Below are positions 53,938-64,000 of a stretch of 64,000 nt of DNA, piece after piece; position 1 is the first letter of the stretch, and each line of letters starts with the position of its first letter. The stretch is from NCBI GenBank assembly GCA_051362555.1, contig CM120642.1:13888001-13952000 (forward strand). Reading direction: 5' to 3'. Below the pieces are notes generated by a model. That model saw nothing but the letters and a program-made list of their open reading frames with translations. It did no database searches and was not told where the DNA came from. Origin of the DNA: Lingula anatina. Lineage: Eukaryota; Animalia; Brachiopoda. The translations under genes were made by a program, and so were the position numbers.

Positions 53938-54832
53938 AACTTTTGATCGTGCATATCGTTGGAATTGTTTTATACTGTCAGCCTTCCACATGTTATGCAA
54001 TTTTTATTTAGGTGTTGTGCTGACACGGTGTTGTCGGATTTACTTATCGCATTCATTGATCATTTATTAACTTAGTATTTCTTCGACTTAATTGTTCATG
54101 ATGCGTTTACTCAGTTTGGTATCTATACTGTTAGACATAGATTAATTGAAATGGCTTATCAGAAAGTGATAAGTCCACCAGATACGTAACATTTATCTTA
54201 TCATTACATCAAAAGGCAATCATTTCCCGTATTAGGTAGAGAACATGGCAAATAAACAAATACAGACGTAGGCGTTTATTTTGCTTTGTGCCTACAGCTG
54301 CCTATTAAACACCGAAAGCAACAGCTTTATTTCTTAAGCTTACTACTGTGTACAAATCTAATATACATATTTTCCAATTGTCTGTAAATACATTTAGTAA
54401 TAGAATTATTGCAACTCCAAATCGCAAGTCGTCTTTAACGAAACATCATCCCTTTGTCCTAAAAAGGATAAAGACAGCAATTGATTCATTTTTTATATAC
54501 ACACTTGAGTCATTTGTTCCTGTGAACGAAGGCGTCAATTCCATGTCTATAACCGCCAAACAGTAGCCTATGTATTCACTTAAAATATCTGCCTGTCTAG
54601 TGTGTGTGGAATCGCACGCCTTTTAAGAAGACTGTTTTGGCGTTTTCAAAGTGTTAGTGAAATTTCACAGCCCTTCATTTCGTTTATCTGCATAGACATT
54701 GTCACCACACTCGAGGAAGTTTGTAGCCAACATCGGTTTGTGATGTCACATGCAGTAGATGGTTAGATTTTATAGTCAGACTTATATCCATGTTTATTAT
54801 GGTTTTGTAACATGCTTAGGATTAAGTTGGAA

Positions 54833-56043
54833 TTAACCCACCATACAACAGTGAGCAGTCAGTTTTGTCAGATCAAATACTTTCCCGTTGTGAATGACTT
54901 TTCCTGTGGGTTTCTTTGTTGTCTGCTTGGCGTGCTTAGCCCATGCTTTAAACCAGGTTTTCAATATTTCCTTAGCTTTAGAATCTCTTCTCACTCTCAT
55001 CTTGGCACTAGTCTCCGTTCTGTTAAGTTTTATATCATTCTTATTGTCCAACTGCTCAACAGCACGACGGATTTGTGCCACGTCTACTGAATCTTTTCCT
55101 GGTAATTTGTGACTTTTGTGATCTTTTTGACCCCGGAATGCTTGAGTAGGTAGAAGTATGTCTACATTGTGCCATTTAGTGTTTTGTGTCTTTTGTTCAT
55201 TGACATAGTTTCCCTTGGAGGAGTAAGCTGTTCCTAGAAAAAAATCAAAATGCAGTTGTATTGACAAAGGCACATACAGAGGGACACAGGCAACAGGCCT
55301 ACTCAACTACCAGACTCGGCACCGAATGATCCCGAATTCACCGGTAGATCGGACCACACTACTCGTTTTCAAGGTATGCGTCAGTACGCATTTCACAGTA
55401 TCATACCACGGAACAAATTTTTGAGATGAGATGCGCTACTTTCCAACCCCGCTGAGAATCATCGCTATCACATCGCGTGCTAGGCAAGAGCGGTGTCGCG
55501 TCTGATACTTCGATGCTCGTCCTGACGCACACCTTGAAGAAAGGTAGTGTGGATTCAGGATCATTCGGTGCTGAGTCTGGTATTTGGGTAGGCCTGGGCA
55601 AGCTATGTCCAATTCAAAAGGGTTAACAAAGCCTCTCCGACCCAAGAGCTTGAGATTTTTGTCTTTCACATTGGTACATACTTTTAGTACTTAGAAACTA
55701 TAAGTTCTTCTCTAATATTAAAAATTTCACAGGAATTTAAATTAATGCAAACTACATAACGCAAACCAAATTAATGTAACTGTCAAATTTGCTGAAACCT
55801 ATGAATGAAAAAAACGTTAAAAACTTATTTTCACCCCTTTTACCCCTTGTTTTTGTTAAGGTCCCTTGACACGATTATTTCATAACAACAAATGTACATT
55901 TAAGAATACTTACTTAATCGAGTTAGCATAAGACCAAATTCTGAAGAGATGTTACTGTCATAATTCTTTCTTGTTGGCAACGCGTGGGTATGGAAAGTCA
56001 ACTGGAAGCAGACGAGGGCTTGCAAAAGTGAGAACTCCATCAT
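54833..56043 (-). CDS. Uncharacterised secreted precursor 1 (176 aa): signal peptide, pro-region, RVRR furin site, 50-aa cationic peptide ending HCCMVG
   Basis: Exon 56043-55914 (MMEFSLLQALVCFQLTFHTHA-LP..., phase-1 donor gtaagt) joined to exon 55233-54833 (acceptor tttttctag). AATAAA on minus at 54798-54793. C-terminus is homologous to the neighbouring gene. Confidence 0.72.
55294..55596. mobile_element. MITE with CAG...CTG termini and 5-bp TSD, in intron of secreted gene 1
   Basis: TIRs CAGGCCTAC(T/C)CAA..TACCAGACTC; TSD GGCAA at 55289-55293 and 55597-55601. Confidence 0.8.
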
Positions 56044-56330
56044 GTAAAAAACTGTGGAACCCTGTGCGACATATAGGCAGGCTCACCGCGTGAACCTTCA
56101 AGCAAACGGTTTGGTGAAATCTTCAAGTTAACAAGGAAAGCTATTTCCTCAAAAGTCCAAGTTTGTTGGGTGCACAACTCCCAACATATATTCAGTTGAG
56201 TTATAAAAACCGACCGGTTGAGCAAGTAAACAATGTTTCCACGACTTGGGGTAAAATGAAAATGACAATATTTGGACCTCAGTTAGCGTATCGTTAGATT
56301 TCATTATTTGAAATAGGCCGAACATCTATA

Positions 56331-56533
56331 GAGGCCATTCAGAATGAGTAAAACCGAGTGCTAGCTAGGCCACGACTTAAATATGGCAGACCTACATGAA
56401 AGGAAGACCGCTTAATCATGTAATGGTCTCTCCGCCTCTCACACGCCCTCCCACGCGTCGTCCCGGTCGAGGGACGACACGTGGGGAGTCGTGGCCTAGC
56501 TAGCACTCGGCTTTTCTCATTCTGAATGGCCTC
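56331..56533. mobile_element. MITE
   Basis: TIRs of about 47 bp, GAGGCCATTCAGAATGAG..AACCGAGTGCTAGCTAGGCCACGACT and its reverse complement. Confidence 0.82.
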
Positions 56534-58881
56534 AATGGGGTCCACTGAGCATACAAAACAGATAAATGAGCAACGTCCAATCAAACATATCAGCTGTTTA
56601 TTCTGATTATTCATTAACTTTATATTTGCGCTCTACTATATAAGATACATGTACCCTCATTCACGTAAGTGGGCTAAGACCCACCAAACTCGTACTTAAT
56701 TCCGGAATTACAAGATATGAATGGGGTGTCCCAAAATATACCAGCCTAGCCGGATATATGCTTCATTTACATTAGCAGGTAGATAGAATTTAGTTTTTTG
56801 GCAAATGATTAAAAACCTAATAAAATCTGTGGGTTATTTGTCTTGTTTCCCCGTCTTCTTTTAATTTAGCAAATCAAACTGACATTGCGCCAATTCCCAC
56901 GGCCATAGTACCCGCGATCTGATACCATAAATGTCAAGTACTCATTTAGTTCAAAGTAAAGTTTACCGTCAAAATCCATAATCGATTTAATAACATTAAT
57001 ATTTAGAATGTCAGAGGTTTTTTTTAGACTCAGTGGAAACCTAAGGCGCTTCTGTATTTCACATATCCCAAGTTTGTTACTCACCGCGACTTTGCACTAT
57101 GAGATTTGTCACGTGCCCATTAGGGACAGTAAGTATTGCAACATAGTAAAGGTAGAAGTTTTGTATTACATATATAAAGCAATGAAAGTTGGTTTCCGTG
57201 ATAAAGATATTTTTCATTATTTTATTCTACAATAAACATGGGTATGAATTAATATAAATTTTGCTCGTGTAGCCATGTAAACTTTTAACGACCACTATCA
57301 ATCTTTCGACTTTCGTATTCAGTCCTGGCTGTAAAAAATGCAAGAACAAATGTATCTGTCAACGGGTGAACTTTCAGTATTTTCTTTCCAATATCGTTAC
57401 GTGTCTTTTCTATTAAGCATAGACAAATTTTAATAAGTCCATGTATTACATGTACGTCTTCAGTTTTAATTGCCTGTAAGGCAGAGATTTGCAGAAAGCA
57501 AATAACAAACGCAGACTTTGCATCAAGTCCGATAAAACTGGTTAACGAAGGAAGTGATTAATTTTCACTACCATGCTGTTGTGTTGTCAGACGGAACTGC
57601 ACAGCATTTGGAATCTACTTATCAAAAACTATCTACTACTCAGAGTGTCACCATAGTTGAACGTAATTAATATCACATTGCTTGGCGCAAATTGAGACTG
57701 AGTGTGAAATCTTGATTTCCTGATCACCGCCAAAAAAGGCACAGAACTTAAGTTCTGCAATGAACTGTCGGAAAACAAACTACCGTGTTGACACTTAATA
57801 TGGAATGCTTTTTCCAAATTATTTTTTCTTTGATATTTTCCAATTTTTCTGGGTAATAAATGAAACAAATAATTTAATCGCGTTTTAATATATTTTAATA
57901 ATCTAGAAGTTCTTAAATTGAATTCATCAATAGAGAATTACAAAAATATGTGGCTGATGTGTCTTTAAACAAGCAGTCAAATGGGTTCCGTCTCCCGGTG
58001 GTAAATTTTGGATGCCTTGGGCGTGGCCTCTGAGTAGGTGCAGTCTGAGCATGCGTCTGTAAGGCTGTGTGAACCGTTCCACGTGAAATTAATTTGTCTG
58101 GCAGTGGGTATCTGTTTCGCTCCATGCTTGCAAGTGCATAAAGTATTGATACGTTTTCTCATAGGTGTGTGTGTGTCATTTGGCCCCTTGAAGAAGCTGC
58201 AGGGTTAACTTCGACGTTTTGTTCTGTAAAAGGCCAAGGAGGGTGGAATAAACGCAAGGGACTCGGCTTTGAGTATGGGAAGACCTCAATGAACTCTCTA
58301 TCAAGCATCTGCGAAAGAGGGCACTGTTTAGATTTCGTATTGACCCAGTAAACACACCAAACTGTATCAACTAAATCATGGGCAGTATCAATGTATGTAT
58401 GTATGTAGGACTAAGTGCAAAAGCTCAAGTATGTGACAGTGAAGTCAATATTGGTTTGAGGTTGTGCCAGGCCAGTTTTGTCTGGTCAAACGACAGGTCA
58501 GATTCCCATTCGCGTCAGTTTTAGCTGAAAATGTGGCTACAAGACAAAGTTATCAAAGCGGCAGTACATGAGATTTTTGCTGTCTTAAATATCTTTCAGG
58601 AGTCATCCCTCTACATGCACACTTTCAATGAATAGGTATACATCTTTATTTCAGATCTGACGAAAATTCCTTTGCTTTCAATATGTTTAATTCCATTCCA
58701 GGAAATAAAAAACACACGGAGACTTGAATATTTAGCCACTAAACGTTACTGTTTTTCTCTCTCTCGGAAAAAAATCTGGACACTGAATTTCTTAACCACT
58801 GGATGTTGAATTATTGTTTCAGAGTGTTCCCTTGGTGATAGGGAGAGAGTAGGAAAAAAAATCTACACCTCCGTTGTGTCT

Positions 58882-60060
58882 TTACCCAATGAGGCAGCAA
58901 TGGTCTATCAGGCTGCTTACATGGAAAGTTTTTCCAAGGAAGTTTATGGTACCATCTGGAGAAACACCATTTTGTTTAATTCTCTGGACTTCTCTCCATA
59001 TTTGCAGCAACTGGGTTAAATTCAGGGATTTTAACCAGTCGTATATTTTCTCGAGATCACTTCTGTTGTCACGATCCTTAAAAATGGGAGTTGGTGTCGG
59101 CAACGGATAGTTTTTTGCTATCTCTAAGAGTATTTTGAACTCCGCCATTATTTTCTTAATTAGGTCGTTCTTCAGTTTTTCAGCATACGTTCCTGTAAGT
59201 ATTGAAGGTTCATCAGTTACATTGTATCTTTATCACAGTTTCACACAAGAGTTTACAAGTATGTGTGAATCAACTTTATTAGAAGTGAAAAAGAGTGCAT
59301 GTCTATTAAAACCTAGTATTCTTGAATCAAAACCCTGCACACAGCCCCTTTAATAATTGTCTACCGGTATATGTGTAAAATGAACAATTACTCCCCTGGC
59401 CCAGTTCTAAAATGTGACCAACTAATGAGCGCTCTAAAGGTGTGCTTGGAGTTAAGATGGGACAACCTAACTTATAACGTTCCACTTTGTATCTTAGCGG
59501 GTCGTCAGGTTATTATGGCTTTTATGTTCAGGGCAGTGGTGGATTGAGGCTGTCTTCTGGGTCTTCCGGAAGACAGTCAGATTTTCAAGTTTACTTTGAT
59601 GGGTATCTAACTTTTTTGTCGGAAAAAATAGAGGATGGATTTACAAAGATACTTTGGAAGACTGTCAGAAAATTTATCTGGATCCGCCCCTGTCAGGGAA
59701 ACACTCTAATCGCTCTGGCGTCCCACCCACCTTCATTTTACATGAGGCACATGTAAGAATTGACTTCCTTGGGGTAAAATCGGGCGATATGCTGATATAG
59801 TACATACTAAGATAGGACGAAACATCTTCAATGAAATAATTCTCATTTCAAACAGCATGAACAACAGGAAAGGGTAGAAATCCTCACACGAATGTCAAAT
59901 TATTTTCATACGAGGCCAAAAATTAGCACTGCCTCCATGGAACCTTCGTTAATACCCAGGAATATTGTAATAACATTAATTACGTACCAATAAACGTTGC
60001 CGAACACTGACCAGCCACACAAACGGCTAGAAACAGCAGGCATGGTAGTTTAACGTCCAT
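58882..60060 (-). CDS. Uncharacterised secreted precursor 2 (127 aa), paralog of precursor 1, ending HCCLIG
   Basis: Exon 60060-59988 (acceptor ttctcattctag directly before ATG; MDVKLPCLLFLAVCVAGQCSA-TFI; phase-1 donor gtacgt) joined to exon 59192-58882 (acceptor acttacag). RDNR (RxxR) site. AATAAA on minus at 58650-58645. Confidence 0.75.
59534..59692. mobile_element. Small TIR element with 6-bp TSD, in intron of secreted gene 2
   Basis: CAGTGGTGGATT...GGATCCGCCCCTG; TCAGGG repeated at 59528-59533 and 59693-59698. Confidence 0.6.
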
Positions 60061-61194
60061 CTAGAATGAGAAACAAAAATAATACTATCTAGCATCTGCC
60101 TTGTTTATCAGGTCAACGAACTTATTCACACAACCCTCTTGATAACAAATTTAACTATCGGTTATCAGTGAATAAGTGCTGATCACACCCATTGCAAAAA
60201 CATCATGTTTAATGTGATAATAAATAACATTCCACACTATGTTAGACTATTGGCATTAGATGAGAAAAAAACCTTGATATAACCACAATACATTATCCGC
60301 TTAAAAATGCATACAATATATGCATGCATGCATTAACAAAACACAAGTATCATGTCTACATACCAAGTAACTAAAAAGTTTTTTTTTTTTTTTACTATTT
60401 TCTTTCTATGTAACCACCATAATTGAGTCTAAAGTACATACGTAAAACTAGAAAAAGTTTAAAAGTTAGCTGCTCCTGCGGGCTACCCTCTCATATCAAG
60501 GGGGCACTAAAATACAAAATCACACTATGGGCTTTTAAACATTTTTGTAACAGACTACCAGCTGCAGCGCACTCTGTGGTCAGAGAGTAAATGCGGGCTA
60601 CTGATATAGCTTCAGTCAGGGTCTAACAATGTATCATTCTATTAAATCTGATATATAGAAATAATGGCATACATACATTTATACAATTATCTCGACAGAT
60701 GATAAGACTGAGCAGTACAAAATGTTGTACTTTTGACTTCCAGGGGCTGAACGCACTGGAGATAAAGCGACAATTCTTGATTTTCTGTGCACGTACTGGA
60801 GGCAAAACGCTGTCCAAAGCAAAAGCCATAAGCTGTGCACTATAACGTTACTTCAGACACAGTGTCTCTATGTCCAAGCAGTTAAAACGCACCGAAAAGT
60901 GATTCATAGGCATTCAGACGTGTTACATATTGAATTGAAGGCTACATCCTGCATGTTAAGCATATGTTACAGAAAAAAAAACGACTGTAATTTTTACTAC
61001 GGTACCACCCTCAACAAATTGAAATGCTAGTTTTGATGTTACTGAATGTGTCTCATTACAACACGGGCCAAAACATCACAGAGTGAAATGAGTGTCAATC
61101 TTACTTGAAACTGACCAAGATTACGAAAAACTGACACAAGAAAAAAACTGATTCAAACTGAATAATTTGCTGTTCAGAAAATAACTAAAGAATA

Positions 61195-61354
61195 CCGGTG
61201 TGACAGAAATGGTATTCCTAGGAATGGAAATCCGGGGTCCCATATGACCAATACAGGTTAGGGTTAGTCGTACCACTGGGTTAGTTTATGGGACGAATGT
61301 CGCCTGTAGGTGATGGGGGACGGACCAGTTCCTAGCGGACTACCCTTCCTGGCA
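61195..61354. mobile_element. MITE family B copy
   Basis: Colinear similarity to 53307-53462 (CCGGTGTGACAG..CCTAGGA..CATATGA..TACAGGTTAGGGTTAG..GTTCCTAGCGGACT). Confidence 0.7.
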
Positions 61355-62166
61355 CTTGACTGATACAGCAAATAATTAACTAAATAGAAAGATGTATGAA
61401 ACACTCGCATTAAAAGCTACATGTAATAAATAAAAAAAAAGATTCAAAACAGTCCTTCACCCAAGTTCGAAGTTATCTCAGAACTCTGAGGCAGTAAAAG
61501 TCCGTCATTCATGACGTTAATGGGTCACCATAGACGTTGTATCAGTTGGTGACTTATTTGTTGTGTATGGTGGATGGACAGAACACGATCAATGTCGAAT
61601 ATTACATCAGACAAACACTTAATATAATCTTCTTATACATGGCCGTGATTGCTTTTGAGACATCTTACAGTTTGACAAAATGTAAACCGTGTTTTCTACA
61701 TTCGCAAAGGTGTCATAAGGTATCATAAAAGCATCATTCTTGCCAATCCCGACTCTTTTTTGCTCTTGTTGAGAGGCTATTTTTGCCGACCTTTGTCCTT
61801 GTCACCTTGAAAGTCACGGTCGCACTGTTGTGCTACTGAGATAAAGCTGATTAAGTTGACAGAATCTCCACTCTGATTAAGTTAGGATTAAGTGAGCAAG
61901 ATGTTTTCATTAGTATTCAAACCTCATAATAAAGAGCTCACGACTTTTACAACCCGGGATGAGTGAATAAAACGGTTTACCAAACAATATTATCATCTAA
62001 ACGTATATCCTCTTAATTTCAGTTTTGTTGGCAAATATGATCGAGCTAGAATTTTGATCATTCAATCTAGATTAAAGGTATCAGTGTTTATCGCCATCTT
62101 TTAATTCTTATTTTATTGATCTGTATATTTATTTACTAATTTTCTTTTTGCCACGTTTGTCAGTGG

Positions 62167-62568
62167 ACAGTCGGCATCAACAAATGTACACACGCAATGT
62201 GTCAGCCTCTTCTACAAGTCATTTCTTCCGTGACACTTAGACTGGGTTCCCATGCCTAGATCGATCCATCTGGATCGACCTAACTCCCTGGGGAGTCTCA
62301 CTAAATTGCTATCAAATAACCGGCTTATATCTCTGTCACGCCTACCGAATCAGCTAGGGGGTAAAGATAATTACCCCCTAACAGCTTTACTAGGCGTGAC
62401 AGACATTTTAGCCGGCCAAGTTGACAGCAATTTAGTGAGACTCCCCAGAGAGATAGATCGATCCAGATGGATCGATCTAGGCATGGGAACCCAGTCTAAG
62501 TGTCACGGAAGAAATGACTTGTAGAAGAGGCTGACACATTGCGTGTGTACATTGTTGATGCCGACTGT
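62167..62568. repeat. Fold-back palindrome: MITE family A copy plus inverted duplication of about 70 bp of its flank
   Basis: 62167-62278 is the near-perfect reverse complement of 62458-62568 (one 1-nt indel). Confidence 0.88.
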
Positions 62569-63868
62569 GGGAATGTGGGAATGGTCTCCAAGTGTCTATC
62601 CCCTAGAATCATCAACCCAGAAAACACGTAACGTTACAAAACCGTTACCATAACGTTTATATGACTAAAAAACGTTATGGTGACGTTGCAAAACGTTCTG
62701 TGTTTGCTGGGAACAATGATAGATTCAGTGGAAGAAAAAAATTCTCTTTATCCAAAACAATATGGCAGAACCAACACCTCCTCTCCCCCCACCCTCACCC
62801 CTAAAATAAGAAAAGAAAGACTCACTAAATTGCTATCAAATAACCGGCTTATATCTCTGTCACGCCTACCGAATCAGCTAGGGGGTAAAGATAATTACCC
62901 CCTAACAGCTTTACTAGGCGTGACAGACATTTTAGCCGGCCAAGTTGACAGCAATTTAGTGAGACTCCCCAGAGAGATAGATCGATCCAGATGGATCGAT
63001 CTAGGCATGGGAACCCAGTCTAAGTGTCACGGAAGAAATGACTTGTAGAAGAGGCTGACACATTGCGTGTGTACATTGTTGATGCCGACTGTGGGAATGT
63101 GGGAATGGTCTCCAAGTGTCTATCCCCTAGAATCATCAACCCAGAAAACACGTAACGTTACAAAACCGTTACCATAACGTTTATATGACTAAAAAACGTT
63201 ATGGTGACGTTGCAAAACGTTCTGTGTTTGCTGGGAACAATGATAGATTCAGTGGAAGAAAAAAATTCTCTTTATCCAAAACAATATGGCAGAACCAACA
63301 CCTCCTCTCCCCCCACCCTCACCCCTAAAATAAGAAAAGAAAGACTCACTAAATTGCTATCAAATAACCGGCTTATATCTCTGTCACGCCTACCGAATCA
63401 GCTAGGGGGTAAAGATAATTACCCCCTAACAGCTTTACTAGGCGTGACAGACATTTTAGCCGGCCAAGTTGACAGCAATTTAGTGAGACTCCCCAGAGAG
63501 ATAGATCGATCCAGATGGATCGATCTAGGCATGGGAACCCAGTCTAAGTGTCACGGAAGAAATGACTTGTAGAAGAGGCTGACACATTGCGTGTGTACAT
63601 TGTTGATGCCGACTGTGGGAATGTGGGAATGGTCTCCAAGTGTCTATCCCCTAGAATCATCAACCCAGAAAACACGTAACGTTACAAAACCGTTACCATA
63701 ACGTTTATATGACTAAAAAACGTTATGGTGACGTTGCAAAACGTTCTGTGTTTGCTGGGAACAATGATAGATTCAGTGGAAGAAAAAAATTCTCTTTATC
63801 CAAAACAATATGGCAGAACCAACACCTCCTCTCCCCCCACCCTCACCCCTAAAATAAGAAAAGAAAGA
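62297..63868. repeat. Tandem triplication of a 524-bp unit
   Basis: CTCACTAAATTGCTATC at 62297, 62821 and 63345; copies look identical. Confidence 0.95.
62616..62711. mobile_element. 96-bp CCCAG...CTGGG mini element (also at +524 and +1048)
   Basis: TIR CCCAG(A/C)AAACAC, internal AACGTT repeats, AA on both flanks (EnSpm/CACTA-like). Confidence 0.65.
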
Positions 63869-64000
63869 CCTTTTCTTTTACTTGAAAGTGAAAACCCATC
63901 CCATGTTTTAAAAATCTGGTCATAAAATAGCATAAAAATCAAATGTGCTACTAACTTCCGCCAATGTGCCATTTTTCAAATCAGTGCTTATAAAAGCTAA

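Noticed and set aside
57913-58370. Overlapping short ORFs between the two secreted genes, as a third paralog
   Set aside because: There is no HCCxxG motif, signal peptide or matching exon structure.
54833-58900. C-terminal CMVG/CLIG as CaaX prenylation motifs, or CC..G as an insulin A-chain
   Set aside because: Signal peptides place the proteins in the secretory pathway, away from cytosolic prenyltransferases. There are no B-chain cysteines or remaining A-chain cysteines, and both stops are at homologous positions.
60623-60850. Hydrophobic reading frames as the signal-peptide exon of secreted gene 2
   Set aside because: No frame has both a start and a compatible strong donor; exon 60060-59988 fits cleanly. 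This region may be a non-coding 5' exon.
62252-63925. Repeated 90-123 aa ORFs (MVTLQNVLCLLG...)
   Set aside because: They are chance frames across MITE and tandem-repeat sequence, with no splice or domain support.

Overview
This is AT-rich, intron-containing genomic DNA from a metazoan, probably an invertebrate bilaterian, and is not prokaryotic; most entries in the ORF track are spurious. Three conserved spliced genes were reconstructed by hand from GT-AG junctions. (1) The 3' part of a PBX/extradenticle TALE homeobox gene (+, 16265-33510); positions 1-16264 appear to lie in its large upstream intron. (2) HENMT1/Hen1 small-RNA 2'-O-methyltransferase (-, 8 exons, about 628 aa) with a long acidic Trp-rich tail. 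(3) An ABHD14A-like hydrolase (+, 274 aa), head-to-head with HENMT1. The notable observations are: a tandemly duplicated pair of 124-nt PBX exons, 47 nt apart, that must be mutually exclusive and encode alternative versions of homeodomain helix 3 plus the C-terminal helix; an alternative PBX last exon; a 3.7-kb TIR transposon with a 7-bp TSD inside the PBX intron, carrying same-strand exons that are phase-compatible with PBX; and two tandem paralogous genes with two coding exons each (-, 54.8-60.1 kb) for secreted precursors I do not recognise, both ending in a conserved HCC-x-x-G-stop. Many MITEs, fold-back duplications and a 3x524-bp tandem array fill the rest.
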